Shown here: one piece after another, positions 53,649 through 63,173 of the stretch
Numbering within the stretch: position 1 is the stretch's first letter
How the letters are laid out: every line of letters starts with the position of its first letter
IMG/VR virus record: IMGVR_UViG_3300019889_000007
Span: 1-64,000 of that record
DNA: 64,000 nucleotides
DNA from: a virus
Strand: one strand, 5' to 3'
Notes under the pieces: generated by a model
Told to the model about the DNA's origin: nothing
Databases searched by the model: none
What the model saw: the letters and a program-made list of their open reading frames with translations, nothing else
Program-made: the position numbers and the translations under genes

Positions 53649-54510
53649 TCAGATACTCCTTGAGTGTTATGCAGTGTTCAGCAGTTCCATCGAACATTCG
53701 TTGGAATTGATCTGCTGCGATCGGATGAAGGCTGGCGTCAATATATCGAGCCGACCTGCCACCTTCTTCGTACACTGTCGTCGGATCATCGGGGTTGTCA
53801 AACTCCAAGATAATGAACCGGCGTTGAATGCATGGATGCGCCCCGAGCCACGGGGGGATCACCGATATTGTGACATTTGGGTGCTCAGATTTTTCGATCA
53901 AGTGGTCGATCTGTTCCTTCATGACCTCTGGTCCACCGACCAGGTTCTCCACAGACGCGAAACTCATCAAGTAGTTGATGACCAGGCCATCATCGACCCG
54001 TTTCATTATCTTCTGAGTGCGTCCCATCCGAGATTCCACGAACGTCGTGATGTCGGGCCTTGGGAGGTTGTTGGCCAACATCGTGTTTCGGACGCTACGA
54101 AACACCGCCTCTGTGTAGGATTTTGTTTGAAAGTATCCTGAAATGAGGGATTCCGAGTGCTCATGCATCGTTGATGCAATCTGTTCAAGTTCCAAAAGCG
54201 TGAACATCCCCTGTGTGAACGCCCCGTCGATGAGCCGTTCATACGATGGTTTGATACCCGTCTGGACCGCCTGATTCTTCAGTTCGTCGCGTAGTGTGCC
54301 CGAGCCGATTCCGTAGAGATCCAACAGTGCCGAGACAGTGCCGACTTTGACTTTGGCTTTGCCGATACCGTTTTCGATGGTGTTCAGCGTGGATGTGCAG
54401 CACACTCCGGACTCTGCGACATCTTCTTGTGTTTTGCCAGCTTCTTTGCGCAATCGCTGCAACGTGCGTCCGAGCTGGCGCTTATGCATTCGTGGTTGTG
54501 GCGCGGTCAT
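53638..54510 (-). CDS. XRE-family HTH regulator with DUF5753 domain
   Basis: RQLGRTLQRLRKEAG, IENG, GYFQTKSY, VGGPEVMKEQ, FIILEF, VYEE; overlaps the DUF397 gene. Confidence 0.92.
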   Translation of the reverse strand: MTAPQPRMHKRQLGRTLQRLRKEAGKTQEDVAESGVCCTSTLNTIENGIGKAKVKVGTVSALLDLYGIGSGTLRDELKNQAVQTGIKPSYERLIDGAFTQGMFTLLELEQIASTMHEHSESLISGYFQTKSYTEAVFRSVRNTMLANNLPRPDITTFVESRMGRTQKIMKRVDDGLVINYLMSFASVENLVGGPEVMKEQIDHLIEKSEHPNVTISVIPPWLGAHPCIQRRFIILEFDNPDDPTTVYEEGGRSARYIDASLHPIAADQFQRMFDGTAEHCITLKEYLNEH

Positions 54511-54744
54511 GCATCCACCGTACCTCCAATTTTTACCTCCAGAAACTGGAGCTTGGCATTACGGTTGCGTCACGTTTAGCTTTAAGGGTGGCACCGCCTG
54601 TCGTGACAGGGTGAAGAGACATCTCCTGTGTGAAGACACGACAGACGGTGAGTCGGATGACTGGGAGTTCTCCGGCTCTATGTACCGAGGTTGCTAAGAG
54701 GTGCCTGGTACTGGGGTTCTCCTCCATTTTCGAAAGGAGAGCGC

Positions 54745-55020
54745 ATGCCTGTTTCTGTTTCTGAGCGGTATGTGAATCGTGATCTTGCGACGATGGAGCG
54801 ATTCCTCGCTCACGGTGTCGCCGCCGATGGTTTCTGCCGGATGCAGAGCTGCGGTGAACGGTGGCCGTGTTCCACGCATCGTCATGATGAGCAGTACATC
54901 GGCACCCACATCATCGATTTCGTACAACCGTACCAGAGTCCTAATCCGGTGAATGTCGAGTTCCGACACTCACCGGATCGCAGACCAACACCTTTTCGAC
55001 GGGACTACCGGACCGGGTAG
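54745..55020 (+). CDS. Small H-C-C-WPC putative zinc-binding protein divergent from the XRE gene
   Basis: RBS GAAAGGAG; HG..GFCRMQSCGERWPC. Confidence 0.7.
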   Translation: MPVSVSERYVNRDLATMERFLAHGVAADGFCRMQSCGERWPCSTHRHDEQYIGTHIIDFVQPYQSPNPVNVEFRHSPDRRPTPFRRDYRTG

Positions 55021-56406
55021 CCCTTCTCACAAAGGCGCGGCACGACACCCAGTGGCCGTATCCGCACCGCTGTTTGAATTGAGATCACTCATGAGTGTGA
55101 CACTGGCGCCCATCAGGCGCAAGAGCCGAACGACCGATGCAACACACATCACGCTCGGCGCCGTACCTCTGTTCCATACCGTCACCGACAGCAACACCGA
55201 CACCAACATCCAGTTCGGTGTCCCGCACCGCAACCAGATCGGATCGCGAAAGTCCGACCCGATCGATCTGCTGTGGGACGCCGGAGCGACCTTCATCAAG
55301 GTCGGCATCCTCAACGAGGTCAAAGTGACCGCCACGCACGTGGAGGTCGAAGGCTATATCGAGCCGGGCTCGTTTTCACAGGTCGCTTTGGGGAGCCTGC
55401 GCAGTAACACACCGGTGTGGGCGTGCCCGAAGCTGACATGGGAGCCATCCGACATCACTAAGGTCTACGGCGCCGCCAGCATCATCTCCGGGTGGCGTTT
55501 CGACCGACAGATCATGCTGACCACCAACGAGCGACACCAGGCGTGGCCGTACCGGTTGACACCGATCATGATGCAGGTCGGCGCCGGTGGCGCCCCACTG
55601 ACTCAGTGACGGCACGGGGGGCATACTGATCGGGACGTGCCACGAGTTCTGTCACAAGTCCCCATGGCGCGCAACTGGGGACCGCATGTATCGCATGCGG
55701 TCCCCGACAACGTTCTCTCCCCTTTTTTTCAGGAAGTACTTTTACCCCCCGTGAATACCCACCCTCGTCCTGTCAACGCGTTCTCCTTCTGGGAACAGCG
55801 CCTCTGGTTGGCGCTCAACACCGATGACCCCAACCCCACGATCAGGCATCTGGTGCAACGCCTTGAAACCGTCGCTGTGGCCACCGGAACGCCGGTGCGG
55901 TGGCTCGTCCCCAGAACCGCCACATACCTGGCCACCGGTGAGTCGGACAGGCTGGTGGGATTCATGACCGGAAGGACACATGACCTCTGCCTCGCCGGGC
56001 ATGGACCTGGCTAGCCTGGGATGCGCCGCCCTGATGGGCGGCATCATAATTTTCCTGCTCCTGGTAGTGGCCGGGAAGCACTACGGCATCACCGCGCGGT
56101 TCAGCGTCGCGATGTCCCGGTTGTTCGGATGGCTGGCTGCCGTCGCGGTGCTGATCGTGGTGCTGCTGGCACTGGTTCAGGAAGTGACCGGCATACCAGT
56201 CCTGAACGACACGATGAGCAATTTGTCCGATAAGTAAAAATTGTGTCAAGTAAGCGACATAGATCCCTTTGACCGCTACAGTTGGTTACACCTCGTTGCC
56301 AACCGTTTACACCACGGGGGGTAGCGATCTTCAAAGGGGATCAAGATGCGGCCGGACGGGGCCAAACAATAATCCGGCCGCATCGACACTTCATCGGACC
56401 GGGACT

Positions 56407-56808
56407 ATGACCAAAAAGATCATCGCCGTACTCGTAGCTATCGCGGCCGTCACCGCGTTGGTCGCGTCACCAGCCCAAGCCCACGCCACCGCCGAAGCCA
56501 CATCAGCACTGTTCCTGGCCGTGCAAAGCCACGACCGTACCGACACCGCAACATTGACCTGCCAGCCACCAGGCGGTACGCATCCGCGAGCAGCGGCATC
56601 GTGCCGGGCCATCACCCAGGCGGGTGGCGACTTGACGCAGCTGTCGGGATTGCCCGACCAGGTATGCACCGACCAGTACGAACCGGTCACGGCCATGGCC
56701 GTCGGTTCCTGGAAGGGGCGACCGATCTTCTACCTTCGCACGTTCGGCAACGACTGCGAAATGGACCGCGCTACCTTCCCGGTCTTCGCGCTTACCAGGG
56801 GCGTGTAA
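56407..56808 (+). CDS. Secreted subtilisin inhibitor (SSI family)
   Basis: Signal peptide ending PAQA; LTCQPPGGTHPRAAASC; CTDQYEPVT; GSWKGR; FGNDC; VFAL. Confidence 0.92.
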   Translation: MTKKIIAVLVAIAAVTALVASPAQAHATAEATSALFLAVQSHDRTDTATLTCQPPGGTHPRAAASCRAITQAGGDLTQLSGLPDQVCTDQYEPVTAMAVGSWKGRPIFYLRTFGNDCEMDRATFPVFALTRGV

Positions 56809-57493
56809 TGACCGAGCAGCAGCAACAGGGCAAAAAAGGAAACCAGTTTCTGGCAGTGTTCCTGTTGCTGCTGCTTTTCGCGGGACTAGCCGCCATCTGT
56901 GTCGGCGCTGCCGCCGCGCTAGCTGCCCTCGGCATAATCAGCTAGCCCCGCTTCAAGACCAAAATCCATGTCCATGTCGGAGTGATCAAGTAGGACGTAC
57001 CCGACCTCGGCGCCGTCCGTTCGGACTATCACCTCAGTGCCGGTCGGACGAATCTCGATAGTCGTACGGCCATCATCTGCGTCAATACCAAGCTCAGCCA
57101 TGACTCCTGTGGTATTGATTCCCAGGGCCAGCGGAACCCACCGCTCACGGCCGCAACCGTCATCGATGCGGAAAATCCCCTCGCCGGTGACGGCGATCGC
57201 ATCCCACTGACTGGCCATGGTCACCCCGGCGCGCGACAGCGCGGGGTGCACGTGTCCAGTCAGCTCAAGTACCGCCGGATAGGTGATCATCACTGGCGTG
57301 TCCTTCCGTATGCAGGGGCAAACATTTGTTCCAGCATGTCCGATTAGATACGGATATGCAAGCGGCAAAGTGCTGTTGCATGCGGATTCAGCCTAATGAT
57401 CACCATTCTCTGACTTGCAAGCCATAAAAGGAGAAAAGCCATCTAACGGACAAAACAAACAATTCACCCGTTCATCCCTATTTAAGGATTTAC

Positions 57494-58228
57494 ATGTACA
57501 CACGACCAAAACCCTTCATCGTTGCTGGCTTCTCCAGCAAGGCCAACGTCGGTAAAACCAGCTGGATCATCATCATGGCCTGGTACCTCAGCGCCAAATA
57601 CAACGTCCAGGTCCACGACGCCGACCCCGAACACGAGTCACTGACCCGGTGGCTCAACACCATCAAAGAGCTGCCCGGAATGCCGCCCGTGCCATTCGAG
57701 TGGAAAAGCGCCATCGGCGAAAGCCAGATCGAACAGATCCCCGCGACAGCCGAGGCCGCCAAAGCGGACATCGTGTTCGTCGACATCGGTGGAGGTAGAA
57801 GCAAGCTGGCCACGGCCGCCGCTAAGTTCGCTGACCTGATGGTCGTGGTCACCGGCGAATCAGTCCTGGAAAGCATCACCGTCGACGACGCATTCGATGC
57901 CATCGCCCTCGGTGAGAAGAAGCGCACCGACAAGCTGGCCAAGGCGGTTCTGCTGACCAAGACACCACCCAACGCCACCAACATTGTCCGGACGCTCCAG
58001 GACGACTACCTCGAAGCGCAGGAACTGGACAACGTTCCCGAGGAAGACCGCATCGGCGTGTTCGATTACCCGTTCCCCGGCCGCAAGGCATACATGCTCT
58101 TGGGAATGCGCCACCCCGTCGAGGTGGGTATCGACCTGTCCGACGGCACCGACATCAAAACCATCGAGATCGCCAACATGGCCAGGGAGATCGAAGAAGC
58201 CATGGAAATGGAGACGCCCAGTGCGTAA
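57494..58228 (+). CDS. parA: ParA-family partition ATPase (short, type Ib-like)
   Basis: Deviant Walker A SKANVGKTS, DADPE, VFVDIGG, ADLMVV, LLTK. Confidence 0.85.
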   Translation: MYTRPKPFIVAGFSSKANVGKTSWIIIMAWYLSAKYNVQVHDADPEHESLTRWLNTIKELPGMPPVPFEWKSAIGESQIEQIPATAEAAKADIVFVDIGGGRSKLATAAAKFADLMVVVTGESVLESITVDDAFDAIALGEKKRTDKLAKAVLLTKTPPNATNIVRTLQDDYLEAQELDNVPEEDRIGVFDYPFPGRKAYMLLGMRHPVEVGIDLSDGTDIKTIEIANMAREIEEAMEMETPSA

Positions 58229-58901
58229 GACGACGTCGGCGGCGGCGGCCAAGGACCGGGTCGCCCCACGCACCCGGAAACCCGCGCCACGAGATGAGGA
58301 GCAGGGCACGCCGGAAACCGGCTCAGCGGCCACGCTCGCGCCCGAACAGGCGCCCTCGCAGGAACGGCCCACCCCCAAGGGGGAACAGCCCGCACAGGAC
58401 GGCACAGGGGCGCCTGCGTCCGCTGTTGCCGAAGAGCCCACCGAAGCAGGCCGGAACCCGGTCACCCGGCAGAACGCAGAGGCGGCTCCGCCCGTAGGTG
58501 AACGGGTGCCTGCGCCACAGGGCGAAGACGCGGCCACACAACTGAGCGCGTTCCTCAGCAGGATCGAACCCGACCAGCTGGCTCAGCTGGTAGCCGCACA
58601 GACGGGCACGGCGCCGCGAACCAACACCGGCACCGATGTACCGGCGCCACCGGCTGCGTCTGCTCCTACGACCGCATCGGCGGTCATGGATAAGGCCACC
58701 CGAAACCGGCTGCGTCACCACGTGCGTTCGGCGGCGGGCAAGTTCGCCCAAGCCAAGGCGGATATGGAGATGGCCCGGCAGGAGTGGACGCAGGAATGCG
58801 CCACTGCCCGGAACCAGGGATTCCCCTACCTGCTCATTCAGGCACAGGCGGTCGATGCTGGCCTGGAAGAGACCGACATCCCCGCTGACCCGGCAACCTA
58901 G
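58221..58901 (+). CDS. ParA partner protein with disordered N-terminus and helical C-terminus
   Basis: Overlaps the parA stop; Pro/Ala/Glu-rich N-terminal two thirds. Confidence 0.6.
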   Translation: MRKTTSAAAAKDRVAPRTRKPAPRDEEQGTPETGSAATLAPEQAPSQERPTPKGEQPAQDGTGAPASAVAEEPTEAGRNPVTRQNAEAAPPVGERVPAPQGEDAATQLSAFLSRIEPDQLAQLVAAQTGTAPRTNTGTDVPAPPAASAPTTASAVMDKATRNRLRHHVRSAAGKFAQAKADMEMARQEWTQECATARNQGFPYLLIQAQAVDAGLEETDIPADPAT

Positions 58902-58905
58902 AACC

Positions 58906-59005
58906 GTGGGTGCCCGTACCGGTAAGTCGGTACGGGCACCCACCGGGTCGCGCGCAGGTACGCGGGTAGGCGCGCAGGTAGGCGCGTACCCGCGCGCGCC
59001 CGCGC
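58906..59005. repeat. 16-bp perfect inverted repeat plus GCGCGCAGGTA repeats; candidate partition site or terminator
   Basis: GTGGGTGCCCGTACCG-GTAAGT-CGGTACGGGCACCCAC; GCGCGCAGGTA at 58950 and 58970. Confidence 0.5.
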
Positions 59006-59159
59006 ATAGAGAGGTACGAAACCGGGTGGGCCGTCGGTTATGATGGCCGTTCGAGGACTGGATTCCAACGTCAGCCGTTGCTAGGCTCGGAACGTCTCTT
59101 CACCCACCGGCGACCGGTCACCTTCAGGACCGGGCGCCATCCACCCTCGTGAGGTTTTC

Positions 59160-59531
59160 ATGGATCTCTCCATAGACTTTTCGAACCGTAAACCGGATCG
59201 AATGGCACGCCAGGAACCACCATCCGAATCGACAATCGTGCCGCCCCCGGTACAAACTCGTCAGCCCGAGCCGACCAAGACCAGACCCAAACCCGGATCG
59301 GTCATGAACCGGTCAAGGCCGCAAGTACGCCAAGCACCCGTGCAGCATGAGCAGCGTGATCCGAATCCGATCGTCGATGAAATCGTTCGCCGGTTTCCCG
59401 CAGACTGCTACGCCTGGCTGCACCGGCAGTGCGTGACACAGAACGTGACTCAGGCCGAGTTGGTCGAGTCGATGGTGCGCCGGGCGATGGCCAAGACCAC
59501 CCAGCGGTTACCTACGGCACGAAAGCGGTGA
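59160..59531 (+). CDS. Putative ParG-like RHH DNA-binding protein
   Basis: Flexible N-terminus, then IVRRFPADCYAWLHRQC..TQAELVESMVRRAM. Confidence 0.45.
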   Translation: MDLSIDFSNRKPDRMARQEPPSESTIVPPPVQTRQPEPTKTRPKPGSVMNRSRPQVRQAPVQHEQRDPNPIVDEIVRRFPADCYAWLHRQCVTQNVTQAELVESMVRRAMAKTTQRLPTARKR

Positions 59532-59913
59532 TCCCGAAGACGACCCAGAACACGTCGTACTGGGTCGTGGAGTTCGCGCGGTAGGTGTACAGATCGAACT
59601 GTGTAGCACTGGCATTGACTGCCGTCGATCCGGTGACGCTGTCTGGACGGGTTGTGCCCTCACGCAAGAAGCAGGTGAATACCTCACCGATCATGGTGGG
59701 ATAGGTGACGACGTAGTGCTTGACGGCTGTCTCGCCTGTCCCGCCGGTGGGGATCGCACGGGTTACACCGAACCTGACGCTGCGGATGGGTCCGGCGATC
59801 TGAGACAGGGTCGTGTCGATCTGCTGGACGTGCGCGAAGTTGGCCGGTCCGGATACTGGGTCGGCACCGGAGTTGACGAAATCCCAACCAAAGTTGGTGG
59901 TTTGACCAGCCAT
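59512..59913 (-). CDS. Small tail-associated protein
   Basis: Last gene of the minus-strand tail run; beta-rich, ends VFWVVFG. Confidence 0.6.
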   Translation of the reverse strand: MAGQTTNFGWDFVNSGADPVSGPANFAHVQQIDTTLSQIAGPIRSVRFGVTRAIPTGGTGETAVKHYVVTYPTMIGEVFTCFLREGTTRPDSVTGSTAVNASATQFDLYTYRANSTTQYDVFWVVFGITAFVP

Positions 59914-61761
59914 TTAAAACTCCTGGATCTCGTTGAATTGGCCCAGCCCCTCGGCCAGTTCAGCCCACGTTGGTTTAGAGGTGGCCATCTCTTCCCAGTC
60001 GGCGTACAGCTGCGCGAGCTGGTCCCACACGACTGCCCCGGTTCCGGCGTCGATGAACCGGTTGTTGCGGTAGCCGTGAACGAATGGAGCACCGGTGGTG
60101 GCGTTCTGGTCTTCCCACAGGTGGAACACGTACGGTCCGCGCCATATGGTGTCGTTGACCGTGACTTCGCCGATGGTGCCGTTGGTGCGCCGCAATGTGA
60201 TGGATGTGTCGTCGACGACGACTTCCAGTTCGATCCACTCGTTCGGTGTGACGGGGCCGGTCGCGGCGACGGCAAGTTCGGTGAAAGCACCAGTGGGTTC
60301 GTATCGGCCGATGACCAGTTGCCCGGTTGATCCTGTGCCGACTCGGATGAAGCATCCGTAGCCATGGCGGGTGGCTTTGGCTGGTGTCCCAATGACCTGT
60401 GATGGGTCGAGGTCGTTGTCGGAGCCGATGATCCAACCGAGTTTGGGTACGGTCCCGGCCGGGAGGGTCCCTTGGTCGACCTGGCATTCCATGCTGATGG
60501 TGTACGCGGTGGGGTTGGGGATCGGACAGAACTTGCCGAGTAGCTGGTTGTTGCTGTTCCGTGGGAGTCCACCGGTCCAACCGAAGCGCAGGTTGAAGAA
60601 CCTTCCGGCTTCAGCGAGTTTGGGGTAGCCGCGTGCGGCGACCAGGGCCAGAGTGTCCGTGGGCTGGGTCAGCATCCCGGTTTCGGTCATCCGGGTTTGG
60701 AAGCTGAGAACGTCGGTCCGGTACTGCTGCCAGTCGGGGCCGAATGCGCCGCGATGATAGACCGGGTCGGCCGAGATGAGTCCGCGTGCTCCCATGCCGA
60801 GGAGGGTTTGACCGGTGGTTTGCCGCGCGGTGTACCCGGACAGGACTTGCAACCCCGCGTCGATGAACTCTTGGACGCGGGCCATGCCTTGGGCTTCGTT
60901 GATCTTGACCCACGTCGCGCCGGAGTCGAAGACGGCGGCCGGGGTGATGGTGGTGTTGTTGTTGACGTTGACGCACACCCATTGGATTCCGCGATCCAGG
61001 AATTCGGTGGCCGTTCCGAGCGACTGGGTGCCGATGGACGGCATGACCCAGTCTTGGGCCTGAATCGACAGGATGGCGTTGATGTTGGCCTGGACGTCGG
61101 CCATGCCTTCGGTGGTCTGTTGCAAGATGACGCAGGTCCGGGCCGCGATGGTCTTGAGAGCTTCAGCGGTGGTCATCAGCCGGTATGGCTGCTGGAGAAA
61201 GCCGTACCAGCCGCCGTCTGGTTCCAGTTGGGCTGCTGGGGCACCGGAACCACGCCCGGTTGGGTTACCACCGGGTGAACCACAGTCGGCGACAAGGTTG
61301 ACCCATATGTCACTGGTGAGTTCACGGGCCGGTGTACTGGCTGGGTTGTTGGTAAAGGTGTCAACTGGTTGGGTCGCGGTGAAGGGTCCCCATGCGGCGA
61401 CATCGTCTTGAAGTGAGAAAGAAAACGAGTCGATGAAGTCGAGGCGGTTGGCCACGGCGTAGTCGATGGCCTGCGGTGAGGCATAGGACTGGACGAGTCC
61501 GGCGCCGCCGTAGGTTCCGGCTTGCACGGGTGTGGGGAGCCCTGCAATGGTTTTGCCGCCTTCGCCGGGCGGTGTGTCGCCACATTCGGCGTAGAGGCCG
61601 TCGTCGGAGCCGAAGCGTATGCAGTTGCCGCCGTCGCGTGACAGGCGTACTTGGAGGCGGCCGTTGGTGAACATGAGTCCGGGGCCGAGGTTGAGCGCGA
61701 CGCATCGGACGATCGCTTCGCACGTGGTTGAGCCCGCGCCTTGGCAGCCACACCGTGCCAT
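59914..61761 (-). CDS. Minor tail protein with GDPD-like (glycerophosphodiester phosphodiesterase) domain and C-terminal beta-sandwich
   Basis: MARCGC N-terminus, DGGNCIRFGSDDGLY; AGLQVLSGYT..GARGLISADPVY. Confidence 0.65.
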   Translation of the reverse strand: MARCGCQGAGSTTCEAIVRCVALNLGPGLMFTNGRLQVRLSRDGGNCIRFGSDDGLYAECGDTPPGEGGKTIAGLPTPVQAGTYGGAGLVQSYASPQAIDYAVANRLDFIDSFSFSLQDDVAAWGPFTATQPVDTFTNNPASTPARELTSDIWVNLVADCGSPGGNPTGRGSGAPAAQLEPDGGWYGFLQQPYRLMTTAEALKTIAARTCVILQQTTEGMADVQANINAILSIQAQDWVMPSIGTQSLGTATEFLDRGIQWVCVNVNNNTTITPAAVFDSGATWVKINEAQGMARVQEFIDAGLQVLSGYTARQTTGQTLLGMGARGLISADPVYHRGAFGPDWQQYRTDVLSFQTRMTETGMLTQPTDTLALVAARGYPKLAEAGRFFNLRFGWTGGLPRNSNNQLLGKFCPIPNPTAYTISMECQVDQGTLPAGTVPKLGWIIGSDNDLDPSQVIGTPAKATRHGYGCFIRVGTGSTGQLVIGRYEPTGAFTELAVAATGPVTPNEWIELEVVVDDTSITLRRTNGTIGEVTVNDTIWRGPYVFHLWEDQNATTGAPFVHGYRNNRFIDAGTGAVVWDQLAQLYADWEEMATSKPTWAELAEGLGQFNEIQEF

Positions 61762-61982
61762 GCGCGTCCCCCCAAATGCGTTAAATGTCTAGTTTGTCAG
61801 CTTTCGTCTCTATCATGACACCATCTTTCCCCCATTTGCGGACAATTCGGTCACCGTGTTTGTTGGTGTACCCGATCCGCGACGTCACACGCCCCGTCAC
61901 CCGCCCCGCCCGACCGATATGCCGACCCAACATGTCGGCCTGCCCGTTCTCGGTAGCCACCGACCAAATCTCACTGCTCATG

Positions 61983-63173
61983 TCACGCTCCTGTCACATC
62001 CGACAGCGTCGACAAACCGACACTGACCGTCTCGGTTCCCCGCGACTGCCACTCCACTTCCAACGTCACCAACCGCATGCCCTGCCTGATCGGGACACAC
62101 AAACCTTCGATGATGTAAACGTCCAACCGGATACCCGGAATCAGGTCCTCCATCGACAACGGCGCCGACGCGGTCAACGTCGCCTGCGACGGCATCCGCA
62201 CAATCGTCGGTGGCGGGTTGCGGTTCCACACCGCGTTCTTGGCCGCGCGCCGCACATCGGCGGCATCAGCGTTGGAATCCTCCATATGCCGCAGCACGTC
62301 AATCCGGCCGTACCGGTAGATCTTCAGCTGAGAATCGGGTTCCTCATCCGGTGACGGCAGGAACGTCTCAGTGATCCCCGGCCAATCCTCATCACCTTCG
62401 GAGTCACCCTCGCGCTGGGTGGTGGCCCAGCCGCGCACACCGGCTTCCAGACCGTTGACCACGACATCGACATCACCGTCGAAGTGTTCGGTCGTCAACC
62501 GGGCCTGTGTCTGGTCCCTGGTGGTGACACGGCGCTGCAACCGCAACGACCGGTTGATGACGGTGAAGTCCAGGGCGTAGGACTGCGCCATCTGTCTCAA
62601 AATCGACCCGAGAGTGTCGACCACGGTGCCGCGCCGGTACCGGGTGATCTCTTCTGACGGGACAACGACGATTTGGTCCATGATCAGGCTGGAGTCGACC
62701 GGGTCGTCGAACGCCGGGTCGAGCAGGTTGATGCTGATCATGTCGTAGGCGATCTCGGTGATCGCGGTGGGAACGTCGAACCACAGGCGGTGAGCATTGA
62801 CGCATTCGTCGAGGCGCTGCACGATGTCGCGGCACACCAGGGTTTTGATCGGGGAGCCGAACGTTTCGATGCGTTGCATCACTTCGCCCTCCCAGACTTG
62901 AATGTTGTCGCGGAAGATCCGGATCTGCGCGACCCGCACCTCGATTTTGTTCCACAGTCGACAGCATTCGGGTGAGGCGTTGACGAAGTCGATTTCGATT
63001 TCGGCTTCGGAGAAGTCCCGCAGGACACGACCCCACCGAAGCCGGTTGACGCCGTCGATGGCTCCGATGTAGAACATTTGTGCGCGGGGGGCCGGGGTGT
63101 CGTCGCCGACAACGCGTTTCATGGCGTGGACTTCGACGGTGTACTGCTCGGCGCATCCCAGAAGCGACGGCAT
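61983..63173 (-). CDS. Minor tail / baseplate hub-like protein
   Basis: LRWGRVLRDFSEAEI, IFRDNIQVWEGEV, LDFTVINR, DLIPGIR. Confidence 0.75.
   Translation of the reverse strand: MPSLLGCAEQYTVEVHAMKRVVGDDTPAPRAQMFYIGAIDGVNRLRWGRVLRDFSEAEIEIDFVNASPECCRLWNKIEVRVAQIRIFRDNIQVWEGEVMQRIETFGSPIKTLVCRDIVQRLDECVNAHRLWFDVPTAITEIAYDMISINLLDPAFDDPVDSSLIMDQIVVVPSEEITRYRRGTVVDTLGSILRQMAQSYALDFTVINRSLRLQRRVTTRDQTQARLTTEHFDGDVDVVVNGLEAGVRGWATTQREGDSEGDEDWPGITETFLPSPDEEPDSQLKIYRYGRIDVLRHMEDSNADAADVRRAAKNAVWNRNPPPTIVRMPSQATLTASAPLSMEDLIPGIRLDVYIIEGLCVPIRQGMRLVTLEVEWQSRGTETVSVGLSTLSDVTGA

Noticed and set aside
55091-55609. Prohead-protease-like fold
   Set aside because: Only a vague beta-strand pattern; no catalytic His/Ser motif and no adjacent head genes.
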